Source: Verrucomicrobiota bacterium (lineage in GTDB: Bacteria > Verrucomicrobiota > Verrucomicrobiia > Limisphaerales > UBA11358). From it: a DNA stretch of 64,000 nt. Position 1 is the stretch's first letter. Each line of letters begins with the position of its first letter. The notes beneath the pieces are model-generated. The model saw only the letters and a program-made list of their open reading frames with translations, was not told the origin of the DNA and ran no database searches. A program made the position numbers and the translations under genes. Below, piece after piece: positions 1 through 16,300 of this stretch. The stretch spans positions 3,797-67,796 of the forward strand of contig DAIRTX010000006.1 of the NCBI GenBank assembly GCA_036803685.1. The letters run 5' to 3'.

Positions 1-139
1 TGGCGGCGAAGCTCCGTCCGCCGCCCGTTGACAGCGCGAGCAAAATCAAAAGCCATTGCCAGCGAAACGCCATGCGCCCGAATCTAAACGACGTGGCGCA
101 GCGACAAAAGCGGGAAATGAAGAACCCGCGAAATGAAAT

Positions 140-599
140 TCAATTCGTTTTGGGGCCGGGTGGGTTTTCCGCTTTTGCCTTTTGCAATTCCAACGCGGTC
201 GCCTCCGACATTTTTTGAATTCTTTGCATCATGGGCGCCAGGCATTGCTGCATGATTGTCATGGTGCGCTTCATCAACTCCGGCTGCTTGCTCACCAACG
301 ACTGGCCGACCGGCGTCCGGTAAAAGGCAATCAGTCCGTCAATCTCCTCCTGGGAAAACATTTCGCGATAGGCCTGGCATACAGGTCCTTCATTTTGTTC
401 CAGCTTAACTCCTCCTTCATGACGCCGGCCATTTTGGCCTGCTGCCGGTCCAGAACCGCCTGTTCATCCGCGCTTAACGGCTTCTCTTTCGTCGCCTGCT
501 GCAGGCTGGCCTTCATCATGCCATCCATCTGGGTGAAGACGGAATCCGCGAGCTTGTCAACTTTTGTCAGTTGCAGCAGCTGGTTGATGGAATTTTCAT
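140..599 (-). pseudogene. DUF2059-family protein, frameshifted
   Basis: ORFs 331-528 and 140-361 join into KDLYA(Q)AYREMFSQEEIDGLIAFYRTPVGQSLVSKQP if one C is restored near 377. The upstream ATG at 599 is also out of frame. Confidence 0.7.
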
Positions 600-689
600 A
601 AGCGCGGTTCTGAATGCATGAAACAGCCCGTCAAGGGTTTTTGGCCGAAGTTCAAACCGGCTGGCGCTACTCCTGAATCCTTGGCGAAC

Positions 690-793
690 GGAGCGCGGCG
701 TTCACGCCGCTTCAACTCACGACCGCCAGCCGTTGCAGGATTTTTCCCTCGTCGCACCACTCGAACCTTGAAGCGGAGTGAACTCCGCGCTCC
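690..793. repeat. MITE/REP with 26-bp terminal inverted repeats
   Basis: GGAGCGCGGCGTTCACGCCGCTTCAA (690-715) and TTGAAGCGGAGTGAACTCCGCGCTCC (768-793) are reverse complements at 24/26 positions. Confidence 0.8.
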
Positions 794-861
794 TGACAAT
801 AATGACCGATCTACACTCACCGGTGCGCGATCTGTTCGCTTCGCCAAGGATTGCGCGGCGC

Positions 862-1559
862 TTACTTGTTGAACCGGAAGTTGGTCAGGTCGTAGTCCTG
901 CATAACGTATGGCTTCGTCTCCAGCCGCATTTTGTTGGCGCGCTTGGCCTGCGTTTCGCCGCCCGCCGCGATGAAATCCTCATAGCTGATGATTTCCGCG
1001 CGGATGAAGCCCTTCTGGATGTCCGTGTGAATGGTGCCGCCGGCTTCCCAGGCCGTCAGGCCCTTCCGAATCGGCCAGGCGCGGTTCTCCTTGCCGCCAA
1101 CGGTCAGGAAGCAGATGTAGCCGCCCTCCCGAAACGCGCGCAGCAGCAGGGCGTCGGGATTTTCCAAATCCGGCGGTTCGGCCACTACGATTGGCTTGGC
1201 GGTGAAAAAGTTGTGGGCGGCGACGGCTTGCAGGTCGTCCGGCGCCAGACCGGAATTGAAAACGAATTTTTCCTGCTCGAGCAGCGCCTTGATTTTTTCC
1301 AGCGCCTGGCGCTCGGCCTCCTGCGGCTCGCGGCCCAGGCGCGTCTCCACAAATTCCAGGTCCTTCAAAATCATGTCCGCCCGGCCCTCCACCGACACCA
1401 GGATGGCGTCGGCGTCAATCAACTGGTCCTCGCCGACCACGTCCACCTGCGCGTAGGTTTTCTTGTCCGCCTCGACCAGCTTGTCGGCCTCGTCGAAGCG
1501 CGGATCCTTGAGGTTGTGTTTGCCGGTTTTTATCCCGGTCAGACCGAATAACGCTATTT

Positions 1560-1563
<4 letters not shown>
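862..1563 (-). CDS. Short YchF/OLA1-like protein (TGS/DUF933 domain) lacking the P-loop
   Basis: C-terminus YICFLTVGGKENRAW..AGGTIHTDIQKGFIRAEIISYEDF..YVMQDYD..FRFN matches YchF. It is 233 aa and has no GxxxxGKS motif. ATGA overlap with uvrA. Confidence 0.85.
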
Positions 1564-4580
<3,017 letters not shown>

Positions 4581-4687
4581 GGCCGCGAATTTCTCGTTCG
4601 AATCAACCGGGAAATATATTCAAAGCCCCGGCGAAAGCAAAGCGGGGAATGTGCGGATAAAATGCAGCAAATCTGGCAACTACAACC

Positions 4688-6745
4688 TTACCATTGCCGA
4701 ACGCGATAAAACCGCTGCGAGTTGGTGGCGGTTGTGTCGGTCAATATTTGTGTGCCTCCGTTGCCGGTGACGAGCGGCAAGGCAGTCCAGTTACTGTCTA
4801 CCAGCGAGTTCTGATATTCCAGTGCATAGACTTTCCCGCTCTGCGTTGGCAGAGAAAGGCTGAAGGAAGAGATGCTTTTTGTCGAATTGGTTAGCGATAC
4901 ATGGAGTGCGGGTGGGGTCGCACTCACAAGGGCTAAACTCTGTCCACCTCCAACTGCGATGGCTATAACATTGCTCAATCCGGCAGGCACATTTGTCAGA
5001 CCCCATGTATTGTCTCCCCACGAAACCACCGTTCCGTCACTTACAAGTGCCATACAGTGATATGGCCCAGCACTGATGGCTATGACGTTTGTAAGACCCG
5101 TCGGAATGACAAATGGAGTAGACCATGAGCCGTTCCAAAAATAGCCTGTTCCGGTCACGGTGCTATCATTTCTGAGCGCCATGCCATAGGTATCTACTGC
5201 TGCAATTGCCGCGATGTTGCTTAACCCCGCAGGCACATTTGTTTGGCCAGCATAACCGCCCCAACCTACGACCGTGCCATCACTTCTGAGCGCAAAACTG
5301 GAATTACCTGTTGCAGCGATAGCAACGACATTGCTTAATCCAACAGGCACATTTGTTTGACCGTAATAGTTGCCGAAGTAGCCACCACCCCAGGCAACCA
5401 CCATGCCGTCATTCTTGAGCGCAAGACCGTGGTGCCCGCCGGCAGCAATAGCCACGACATTGCTCAAACCGGCAGGCACATCGGTTGGAACTGAATTATT
5501 TCGCCCCCAACCCGCTACCGTGCCATCTTCCCTGAGCGCAAGGTTGTAGTCTGGTCCCGCCGCAACAGCGATTACGTTACTCAAACCGGAGGGTACGGTC
5601 ATTTCACCATCGCTATTGTCGTTCGCCCACCCAGTCACCGTGCCATCACCCATAATTATCAGACTATGATCTCCAACTCCTTGTCCGCTCCCTCCTACTG
5701 CAACTGCCAATGCTTGAGTCTGGCTGCCTGGTGCCATCGTTTGGCCATAACCCTGTCCATAGTATTCATCCCCCCATCCAACCACCGTGCCGTCTCGCTT
5801 CAGCGCCAAATTGTGATATGACCCGGCGGCAATCATGACAACATTCGTAAGGCCAGCCGGAACGCTAACAGGAACATGGTTCGTGCTGTGCCAAATGGCT
5901 CCCCATGCCACCACAGTTCCATTGCTTCTAAGCGCGAGACTGTAATCGTTGCCAGCGGCAATGGCCACCACGTTGCTCAACCCCTCCGGCAAATTCGTTT
6001 GTCCACCGCCATTGTAACCCCAAGCGACCAAGGTTCCATCGGATTTCAAGGCGACATTGTGATCTGCCCCGGCGGCAATCGACACTACATTGCTCAATCC
6101 GATCGGGATGTTTGTTTGACCATAGTAGTTGTGGCCCCACGCAACGACTGTCCCGTCATTTCTGAGTATCAGATTGTGTTCCCATCCTGCAGCAATAGCG
6201 GTTACGTTGCTTAAACCTGCCGGGACATTTGTTTCGCCGTCGAAATTGGGTCCCCACGCAGTGACCGTACCGTCACTCTTCAAGGCCAAGTTGTTCCATC
6301 CTCGTGAGGAAATTGCCACGATATTGCTTAATCCGTCTGGCAAGGGAACGTCGAAACTGTACCCCCACTCCGCAATGGTGCCATCCGTTTTAAGAGCCAG
6401 ACTGTAAAGAGCGCCACCTGCAACAGCCATCACATTGCTTAATCCCGTCGGGACGGAGACCTGACCGTAACCATTGAATCCCCAAGCGACCACTGTGCCA
6501 TCATTTTTGACGGCTAAACTGTGGCGCTCCCCCGCAGCAATATTGGTAAACACAGTTCCCGATTCCACGTATGGTAATACCACCGTCCCCCAACCCGTCA
6601 CCTGATTGGCAGGTAAACCGGCGGCGAAGTTCTGACTCAAAGCCAGCATGCCTGCCAGCCAAGTCATGGTCACGGCTGATTTCCATCCATTGGTTCTGAC
6701 CAGTTTAACTTTTGCCTCACTGCCGACGACCTGTCTGGTTTTCAT
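4688..6745 (-). CDS. Secreted RCC1/BLIP-II beta-propeller repeat protein with C-terminal FYRV domain
   Basis: About 14 repeats of GTVVAWG..GQTNVP.GLSNV.AIAAG..H.LAL, a hydrophobic N-terminal segment, ends [10 protein letters not shown]. Confidence 0.88.
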   Translation of the reverse strand: MKTRQVVGSEAKVKLVRTNGWKSAVTMTWLAGMLALSQNFAAGLPANQVTGWGTVVLPYVESGTVFTNIAAGERHSLAVKNDGTVVAWGFNGYGQVSVPTGLSNVMAVAGGALYSLALKTDGTIAEWGYSFDVPLPDGLSNIVAISSRGWNNLALKSDGTVTAWGPNFDGETNVPAGLSNVTAIAAGWEHNLILRNDGTVVAWGHNYYGQTNIPIGLSNVVSIAAGADHNVALKSDGTLVAWGYNGGGQTNLPEGLSNVVAIAAGNDYSLALRSNGTVVAWGAIWHSTNHVPVSVPAGLTNVVMIAAGSYHNLALKRDGTVVGWGDEYYGQGYGQTMAPGSQTQALAVAVGGSGQGVGDHSLIIMGDGTVTGWANDNSDGEMTVPSGLSNVIAVAAGPDYNLALREDGTVAGWGRNNSVPTDVPAGLSNVVAIAAGGHHGLALKNDGMVVAWGGGYFGNYYGQTNVPVGLSNVVAIAATGNSSFALRSDGTVVGWGGYAGQTNVPAGLSNIAAIAAVDTYGMALRNDSTVTGTGYFWNGSWSTPFVIPTGLTNVIAISAGPYHCMALVSDGTVVSWGDNTWGLTNVPAGLSNVIAIAVGGGQSLALVSATPPALHVSLTNSTKSISSFSLSLPTQSGKVYALEYQNSLVDSNWTALPLVTGNGGTQILTDTTATNSQRFYRVRQW

Positions 6746-6862
6746 TTTACATGCCTTTCATTTTGGACCGTTGCTCCCAATCCAACCGCCGTTTGCATCG
6801 GAGCTTTCAATGTCTTCAGCATCGCATTTCTAAAAAAGCGCGCCAGAGGGTGAAATCACGCA

Positions 6863-7179
6863 GGGGTTTTCCCGCGCGGGTTTTCCAGTAGCATCGCAAA
6901 ATTAGACCCGATTGTCTTTGAGCATAACTTCTGCCAGGTTAATTGTGGGCCTGAAACGCCTGGGGCAGCGAAACCAACGGGGTAAAACGCGTGACCCTCA
7001 CGCATCTTGCGTGAAATTTTTACGCACGAATATTGGTTTGGACTTCCTTACGCGAGGACTTTCCCTTGCGGGTTTTCCCGCAGGGCGGCGAAGATGAAAC
7101 CCGCCGGGCAACGGTTCACCGACCCAGTTTCCGATGGATGGCCCGCCAGTGTCCCTCCAGTGTGCGGGGAGAAACTCCC
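6863..7179. promoter_or_regulatory. Cluster of GGG(G)TTTTCCC-like boxes upstream of the RCC1 gene
   Basis: Boxes at 6863, 6878, 7055 and 7070, plus palindrome GGGAGAAACTCCC at 7167, in an intergenic gap of about 630 bp. Confidence 0.35.
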
Positions 7180-7379
7180 AGCTGGTCGGCAATCAGCTTG
7201 TCCGGCAGGCCAACGCAGGCGGCCTGCAGGATTTCCTCCTGCCGTTTTGACAATACCGTCAAGATCGGAATCGCCAGCATATTCATCGGTCATCAAACTT
7301 CACAACCCACGCGCCTTGTGTCGGCCCGTCCACTTTGGCTCCAAACCGCGTAAACGCGGAACTCCAAACCGAACCCACA

Positions 7380-10300
7380 TCACGGATACTCAACGAGCCG
7401 GTAGAATTTCATGGCCGTCGGCGCGTTCGTGTCCACGAAGGTGAAATTGGTGGTGACGGAAGTGATGTAAGGCGGAGTGGGCGGGATGTAGTTCCACACC
7501 ACCGGCGGCACCAGATTGGTCGTCCAGGCCACCTGGAACTGGTAATTGGTCGGCGCGGACCATTGGAGCTGGAAGAAACCGTTGGTCGTTACCGTGACGC
7601 TGGAAATGAGCACGGGCAGTGGATTGACGGTGACGGTGAAACGATTGGTGGCGCTGTTTGGCGGCAGGCTGTTGTCGGTGACGACGGTGGTAAAGGTGTT
7701 GACGGTGCCGGCCTGGGCCAAAGCGGGTGTCCAGGTGATGATGCCATTGGCGTTAATGCCCGGGGCCGGAAGGCCGGCGACGGTGGTGGTCAGCACATAA
7801 CTGAGCGTCGCGTTGGTGTTCAAATCCGTCGCGGTGTTGGTCACCACCAGCGGGGTCAGCGCCTCAATGGTCAGGTTCGGCTGGAACGGCAGGGTCAGCA
7901 CGTTCGTTGATTGCAGGAGGATCAACCGGTAAAAGCGCATCGGACCGAGCCCGCCACTTTGCGAGCCGTCGTCGAAGAAGCTGAACAGCCCGTTCGTCGG
8001 TGTCACCGGTCCGGTGTAGCCGATGATGTTGGTGAAGGTGTTCCACGCGGGCGGCGCGAGGTTGTCCGTCCATTGCACCTGGAATAAATCGTTGGTGGGC
8101 GCAAACCAAGTGAGCAGGAAGCCGTTCGTCACGCCGATATTGGTGGCCGTGATGCTGGAAATAAAAATGGTGTTGGTCAGCGACGGCACGTTGGTCGAAG
8201 TCAACAAATGAAAATCCACCTCGATTCCGAAAGTGACAGCGAAGCTGTTCGTGTTCTGCACGCCGAGATAATAAGTTGAGCCGGGCACCAGCGGCGGCGT
8301 GGTGCCGGCGCTCAAAACGACGGAACCGTTCGTTCCGGACGGATACGTGATGTCCGGCAACAACAATAGATTGGTCGTCGGAGGAGAGTTGGTGTCGAAC
8401 CACACATTCACCGGCGCCGTGGCGAAGAGCAGGATGTTGGTCGCGAAATCCGCGTTCGTCGGCACATTCACCACGTAATAGGTAATGCCACCGGCGGCGA
8501 CCGAGTTCGTTTGCGGCTGACCGCCCGGCAGGTTTATCAACGTGGTGACAGTGACGGTGAAACTGTTGGTCGCGCTCAACGAGGTGGCGTTGACGGCGGG
8601 GGGATTTGTATCGGTAACAACTGTGGTAAAGATGTTGGTGGTGCCGGCTTGTGCCAGGGTTGGCGTCCAGGTGATGACGCCATTGGTGTCAATCGTGGCA
8701 CCGGCTGGGAAGCTGATCAACTGGTAAGTCAAAGGGTTCACCGGAATGTCGGAATCGGTCGCCGTATTGGTCACGACGAGCGTGCTCAAGTCGTTGATAA
8801 TATAATTTGTCTGTGACGGCAGAACCGGCGGGGTGTTCACTTCATTCACCGTCACGGTGAAACTGTTGGTGGCGCTCAACGGCGGCGCACCGTTGTCCGT
8901 GACGACGGCGGTGATGATGTAAACCCCCGGTCCCTGAGCCTCGCCCGGTGTCCAGGTGATGACGCCGTTGCTGTTGACGACCGGCGGCGGATTCGTTGTC
9001 GCATAATTCAACGGCCAGCCGTTTGTGATCATGGCGTTCGTGTCAACGAGCATCGTCACTGTGTAAGTCAGCGTCTGCGGCGGCAGGTCCGAATCGTTCG
9101 CGGTGTTCGTCACCAACAGCGTCGTCATTTCATCCAGCGTCACTGGCGGCGGATTGGTGGTCAGCCAGAACGGCGGAGTGTTCGTGAGGTTGACGTTGAA
9201 TGACGAGGCGAGCGCCAGATTATGAAAATAACCGCTTGAGATGGCCACCACGTTGCTCAAGCCGGGGGGTATGCTCGTTTGATTGGTGCTATTGTCGCCC
9301 CAGGCCAGCACACTTCCGTCATTCTTCAACACCAGGCTGTGGAACCCTCCGGCGGCGACCGCCACCACATTGCTCAAGCCTGGCGGCACATCCGTTTGAC
9401 CGTCGCTGTTGTCGCCCCAGGCCACCACCGTCCCGTCGTATTTCAACGCCAGACTGTGAAAACCTCCACCCGCGATGGCCACCACATTGCTCAAGCCCGG
9501 CGGCACATCCGCTTGACCGGCGGCGTTGTCGCCCCAGGCAACCATCGTGCCATCATTCTTCACCGCCAAACTGTGGAAACCACCACCGGCAACGGCCACC
9601 ACATTGCTCAAGCCCGCTGGCACATTGGTCAGGCCGGCGATATTGTAGCCCCAAGCCACCACCCGGCCGTTGCTCTTCAACGCCAGACTGGACCATCTGC
9701 CGCCCGCGATATTCACCACACTGTTCAAACCCGCCGGCACATTCGTCTGGCCAGGAATCGTATTGGCGCCCCAAGCCGCCACCGTCCCGTTGTTCTTCAA
9801 CGCCAGACTGTAAAATTCCCCTCCCGCCACAGCCACCACGCCGTTCAAATCCACCGGCACATTCGTCTGACCATGGAACCCATCACCCCAGGCCAGCACC
9901 GTCCCGTCGTTTTTCAAGGCCAGGCTGTGATCATGAGCGGCGGCGACGGCCACCACATTGCTCAAGCCCGGCGGCACATTCGTCTGGCCGAGGTAATCGG
10001 CGCCCCAGGCTACCACGCCCGTTTCATCAAAAATCTGGTCGAAGCCATAGACCACTTCCACCACTTCCACGATATTGCTCACCACCAGGCGGAAATGATA
10101 CGGCTGGTTCATCACCAAACCGTTGATCTGGTTGGTCACATAAACCACATTGAAACTGCCGCCCACGCTGACCGGCGGCGTCTGGTTTCCGTAGCCTGCG
10201 CTGGTTCCCCATTCGAACCAGGCCGTGGTGGGCGGGCCATTGGGCGTGGCCATGCCGTTCAACTGGGCGCTCGTTCCCGTAACGGAAGTGGCCGGCTGCG

Positions 10301-13300
10301 TGAACGCAAACGGCGACAGGGCACCCGTCACGAAGACGGTAAAGTAATTCGTGACGCTCAAGTGCTGGTTGACCGGCGCCCAGGGATTGAAGTCCGTCAC
10401 CACCGTGGTGATCACGTTGGTGGTGAAAGCCTGCGCCAGCGTCGGCGTCCAGGTAATGATGCCCGTGTTGACATCAATGATCGGAACATTGGTGCCAGTC
10501 ACGGTGCTGGTCAGCGTGTACGTCAGCGGATTGGCCGGGATGTCCGAATCGCCGGCCGCGTTGGTCACGATCAGCGTGGAAAAGGCGTTGATGGTCTGAT
10601 TGGACGGTGTGCCCAAAAAGAACGGCGCCGTGTTCACTTCAATCACGATCACATTGAAACTGTTGGTCGTATGCAACGGCGGCACGCCGCTGTCGGTGAT
10701 GATGGTCTGGATGGTATAAAATCCCGGCCCCTGCGCTTCTGTCGGCGTCCAGGTAATGATGCCGCTGGCGCTGATGGCCACGCCGGGCGGACCGGACACC
10801 GAGTAAGTCAACGGCTGGTTTGTGCTGGAGGCGGTGTTCGTCACCGTCAGCAGGGTCAATTCATCAACGATTTGCGTTCCAATGGGCGGCGGGGCGGGCG
10901 GGAATAACAAGTGGAAGTCCACCTCGATTCCGTAGGTAATGTTGGAGGTGCCCGTGTTTTGCACGCCGAGATAATAAGTCCCGCCAGCCGCGAAATTGGT
11001 CGGCGCGCTGATGAGGCTCAAAACGGAGGAGCCTCCCGTCGAGTTGGGTATCAACAGGTAATCCGGCGGGGTGGTGCCGACGGGCAGCGTGGTCTGGTTG
11101 AACCACACATTCAACGGGCCGGTGGCGAAGAGCAGGCGGTTGGTGGCAATGTCCGCATTGATCGGGACGATGACCAGATAATACGCCATGCCGCCTGGGG
11201 GAATGACATTGGTCACCGCCAATCCGTTGGTGAGCACGCCGATTGAACTGACGGTGGTGGGGAAATTGAACCGCAACTGCCAGCTCACGAGCGTGTTCGT
11301 GAGACCGGCACCGGCGCGGTTGTCCCAAATTTCGAGCTGCCACTGGCCCAGCGCGTTCAGCCCCTTATAGGTGTCGAGCGATTGCTCGGGCAGATAATAC
11401 ACGTCACCGCCGTTCAGCACCGAGTTCGTGACATATTGGGTCGTAACCAGAAACTGGGTCAGGGCGAAATTGTCCAGCAACATTCCCGGCTCAAATCCGG
11501 CGACTTGCAGGACCGTGTTGCTCAGCGCGGCAGTGAAGGTGATGTTCGTGGTCTGCCAGTTGGTGTTGTTGCCGAAGAAAAGGAAATTAGTGCCACCCAC
11601 GGTCACCTGGGCCTCGGCCAGGCCTTGCGCGATGGACGGCGCGTTGGTGTCGTATTTGCCCGAGCTGCTGTGATTGCAAATGGCCTTGATTTCCGAGGCT
11701 GAGAGCGGGCGATTGTAAATGGTCGGCTCATCCATCATTCCATTGAAATGATTGGCAAAATTGCCTGCCGGCCTGACCCCCAGGAAGAAATCGACGCTGG
11801 TCCAAGGGGTAAAGCCGGTACCCAAATTCGCGCTTTGAACGACCCCGCCATTCCGGTACAGAACCGCCAATCCCGTTGCTTTGTTGTAAGTCATCGCTAC
11901 ATGTTGGAAAATGTTTCCCGTCATGGTCCCTCCCACCGAACTCAGGTAGTGCGCGGTGAGAGTGGTATCCATAATATTGGCGTAGAGATCACCGTCCCAA
12001 TTCCCCGAAATCCCAAATTGTGCACCAAGGGGCCCTGCGCCACTGCCGGAACCTACATTCCACTCCAACAGCGATTGGAGATTGTTGATTGGGGCGCCCA
12101 CCGGGTTGACCCAGGCATCGATGGTGTAACCGCTGTTGTTGATTCCAACATTGAGACTGGCACTGGCGGGGACCCTTACTTGCGAAGTGGAGCCGTTGAA
12201 GATAAACGCTTTCCCAACCACACCGTTGGTGTTAGTCATGTTGCTCGGGATGCCCGGGTTGTTGCTGATGCTGTCGTTCCCATTATTTTCCCCCCGCCAC
12301 AAGCTGACAGCGCCCGGCCCGCGATAGGCATACGACAGGGTGTAAGTCTGGTCCGGCACCGTGGGCAACAGGCGCGAGATCACGCCGTCGGCCAGCGCCA
12401 GCAGGTTGCTGCCCCGATAGGCCAGATTGGTATCAGTGATCACTGTGACCTGATTGGCGTTGACGGCCCAGCCGTCAAAGTAATGGCCCTGGGTGTAATC
12501 CCCGGCCGCTGCGCCTTCAAAGCCATTGGCCCCGCTCAATGGCGCCAGGTCAACCGCGTCCAAAAGAACCCCGGAAAAATTGCCTGAAGCATCCAGGGAA
12601 TGAAAAGCCAGGGATGTGGACAAAGAAGTTGCGGTGAACATGTAGGACACCGTTTGCCAATTGAGGTTCGCCCAGGTGTTGGTGTAATTCGCAACCACAT
12701 TGGTCACGACTGTGCCATTAATCGAAACGTTGGCTTGGGGGATATGGGGAGGATTCCCCATGGCTCCCAGGATGCTGTCCGGGTTGCGCGCGTAGGCGAA
12801 ACGAAGGATGTAAGTCTGGCCTGGAACAGTGGTGATGTTCGTGGAAATCCCTCCGGCACTGAAGCCATTCAGGTCCAACAACCAACCCCCTTCATAAGCG
12901 GTTTGTCCCCACGTTCCGTTGGTGACGACATCCACATTTTCGAAGTCAACCAGCCAGCCTCCGGCAAAACGGGTCCCGGCTGTGGGATTAATATTTGTAC
13001 TGCTCCCCAACTCGAAGGAATTGTGCCATCCAACGGCCGCATTGGTGACCGGCACCAGATTGGTCACCAGCACCGCATTGGTGACCAGCATGTTGGTCAG
13101 AATGCCGTGAAACGGCGGCACGGCATATTTGATGGGCGTCGTCGTCTTGTTCGTGTTTTCCGTCAGCACCAGATAGGCGTAGCTGGCCTGCAAGGCACGC
13201 ACCGTGTAATCCCAGCGGGTACCGATTTGCCCGCCGCCTGGGTCCATCACAATGGTTAGGTAGGATGAGTTGGTATAGGCAACATTGAATAGTCCACTAC

Positions 13301-16300
13301 CTAAAATAATCCCAGAATCAAAAATTTGATGTCCACTCTGGTCATAAATGACCATCTGATCCGGTTCAATGTTATAGAAATTGTAGAAAATGCTCAGCGT
13401 GCCGGTGGTCGGAGACACATTGATAATGTTGGTACCCCCCTCTGGACCGCCGGTGGACGAGACCGGGATGATGTTGGTGACGGCGAAGGTCGCGCCCATG
13501 CCGTTGGTGGTGGTGCCGCCGCGATTTTCCACGAGCAGACAACGTGTCCCATCCGGGCTGATCAAATGGAACACCAAATCGGACACGCGCTGATGATCCA
13601 CGCGCAAAGCGGCTTCCACCGACGAAATGGTCTGGGCCGCCGTCACAAAAATGGAATTCGTCATCACGGCGTCGTCCAGAATCGGCGTCGGGCCGCTGGA
13701 ACTGAAAATCACCTGCCCCGGCACCGCGCCCATACCGAACTTCGCGATAACATACACCGTCTGCGGAAGTATGCTCTCGTTGTACAAACCGACCCAGTAA
13801 CGGCCCGGCGGCAGCGGCGGGCCGATGGAAATGGAGCCGTCAAAACCCAGAAGCCCGCTGTTGGTCAGCCTCGCCGGCCCGAATTCATTGGTGTCCGTCA
13901 GTGTCGGTATGGCGCCGACTTTGACGAACAGATCCACCTGCCCGGTCCCGGTCAGGTTCGTGGCGTAGATCGTCAAATTGGTCGCGCCGGCGGGCACATC
14001 AATGAAATCGCGGAACCAACCCAGCGGCCCGAGGGTGGTGGTGATTCCCTTGGTCAGGTCCTGGTGCGGCTCAATCAACATTTGGAAGCCGGTCACGCTG
14101 CCGGTCTGGGTCAGCGAATCGTCCACTTCGGTCAAAATCCACGGGCCAATGGCTTGCTGGCCGACGTAATCGTTCAAACTGCCCGGTCCGTCGGACGGTT
14201 GCGAACCGACAATGTCTCCCTGCCCGCTGTTGTCATAAATAATCGTGTAAGGTCCGGGCGGATTGCCGAGTGAATCGTGATTGTTCAATACCGTCGTCCG
14301 CGACAGCCCGTTCTGGCCGCCGTGTGTCAGCGTCCCGAGGAGGTCGCCGAAATTCTGGTGCGTGATCGTGCTGGTCACGGTGCCGCGCTTGATTTCCATT
14401 GGATTTATGGCGAGGGCGAAAACGTATCCCACACCCGGATGCGCCGGACTGCCGTCGGGGATGTTGACCGGCAGCACCAGGCCGTTGACGATCTGGCTGC
14501 CGTTCGGGTTCATCTGGCTGAACGGGATGTCGGTGAAGATGGGAATAAATCCGTATTCCGATGCCTCCTGATCCTCCGAATACACGCCGACGTAATAAAC
14601 CTTGCCGGGCGCGGAATTGGTGTAATAGACGAACTCGATGCCTCCACGACCGACCGATTTATCCGCGTTGGAAATGACGACGGGGTCCAGGTTCATCAGC
14701 CCCGGATTGCTGCTGACGTAAAGGTCAATGTCCGCTTCGGGCCGCGTGGCGTTGGCCACTGTGTCTTCAAACACACCCATGCGCGGAATCGAGAGCGTGT
14801 CGGGAATGAAGGTGATGAACGCGGCGTTGGTGAAATCCGCCGCGCCGGTGTTGGTGATCACGTAGAAATGCCACTGGTTCGTCATGCCGAGCGTGACCAG
14901 CACGTTCGTGCCACCCAGTTGGATGCCGTTCAATTCCGTGCCCCCGGCGGTCAGTTGAATCGTGTTTGTGCCGAGCAGCGGCGTGCTCGCGCCGACGAAT
15001 TGATTCAACAACGGCGCGTTCGTCGTGGTCACAAAAGTCATTTGCTGGTCAGACGTGGGATTGGAAATGATCGGATTGTCCGTCGCCGTGAACGCGTTGG
15101 TGACCTCGCCGTTGCCGATGGAAATCACGAGCGCGAAATCCTGCACCACGTTGTTGGTGTGGGCGGTGACGGCGTTGACGTTGACGCGATAACCCAAAAC
15201 CGTGACGGAGAAGTTCGTGCCGGCACCCGGCGGCAGATAAACATTTTCAACATTGTTGATGGCATCGTAATTCGGCGCGTTCGTGCTGCTCTGCGCCGAA
15301 CTGAAGGTGCTCGATGCCGGGAAGTCGTTGCCGTAATAGACGATGGGATTGGTCGGATTGCTGAGATTGGTGACGACGAGGTTGAGATCGTTCACGAGCT
15401 TGATGGCGGCGGCCGGGTCGCCGGGCGGATCCGTCCATGCCAGCGTGATGCGCAACGGCAATGCCGCCGCCGCACTGGCAATAGTAAGGTGGTAGGTATG
15501 GCTGTCGCCCGTGGCCAGCGCGCTGGCCGGACTCTGGTCGAGAACAAGCATCGCCTCGCCGGTTGCGTTATTCACGTTCGTCGTGATTCCGGGTGGCAGC
15601 GAATTGGGCAGGTTAATCAACCCCCAACCTTGGTAATTGATCGAGTTTTGAGCCTGGAAATCGTAGTTCCCATCGGGCCGCGCACCGTTGATGAGCATTG
15701 CCTTGAGCAACGCCGGGCTGGGCGTAGTGTGCAGCGTGTTGGTGAAGTAATCCTGCATTAACACCAGCACACCGGACACATCCGCCGCCGACATGCTCGT
15801 GCCGGATTCGTAACGGTAGTAATGCGGAGGAACCAGCGAGTCCGGATCTCCGCCCAGCGAATTGTTCAAATTGCTCAACACCGTGTAATAATTTCCAAGG
15901 TCGTTCGTTGTGATGATTTCAGTAATAATATCGTAGTTGACCAGAAAGTTGTTGGTGTTACCCACTGCATACCAGAACCCGACGTTCTGGATATCCAGGA
16001 TGCTCGCGATGGCACCGCCGCTGTCCGGTGGAATGGAAACCTCGTTGTCGCCGGTCACGAAATCGTAAGTGTTGGTGGTCGGCAAATCCGCCTGCTCCAC
16101 ATAGATCGGCATGTTCGGCGGGAATGGCGGTGGCGAAAGAATGTTCGGGACAACTTGAATCATGACACCGACGGCGTTTCCGGGAACGAAAATGTTGTAA
16201 TAATTCAACGTTTGGGGAGCCACGGCCTGCTTGACGAATTCGGCAAAGTGATAATTCGTCGGGTTGTAATACGCCTTTTCGTCCCATTGCTGCGATCTGG

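Noticed and set aside
4581-4687. LexA box upstream of uvrA
   Set aside because: No TGTTC-N4-GAACA or CTGT-N8-ACAG site is visible.
10051-10070. 9-nt tandem duplication (VEVVEVV) in the giant protease
   Set aside because: A single in-frame slippage with no evident functional significance.
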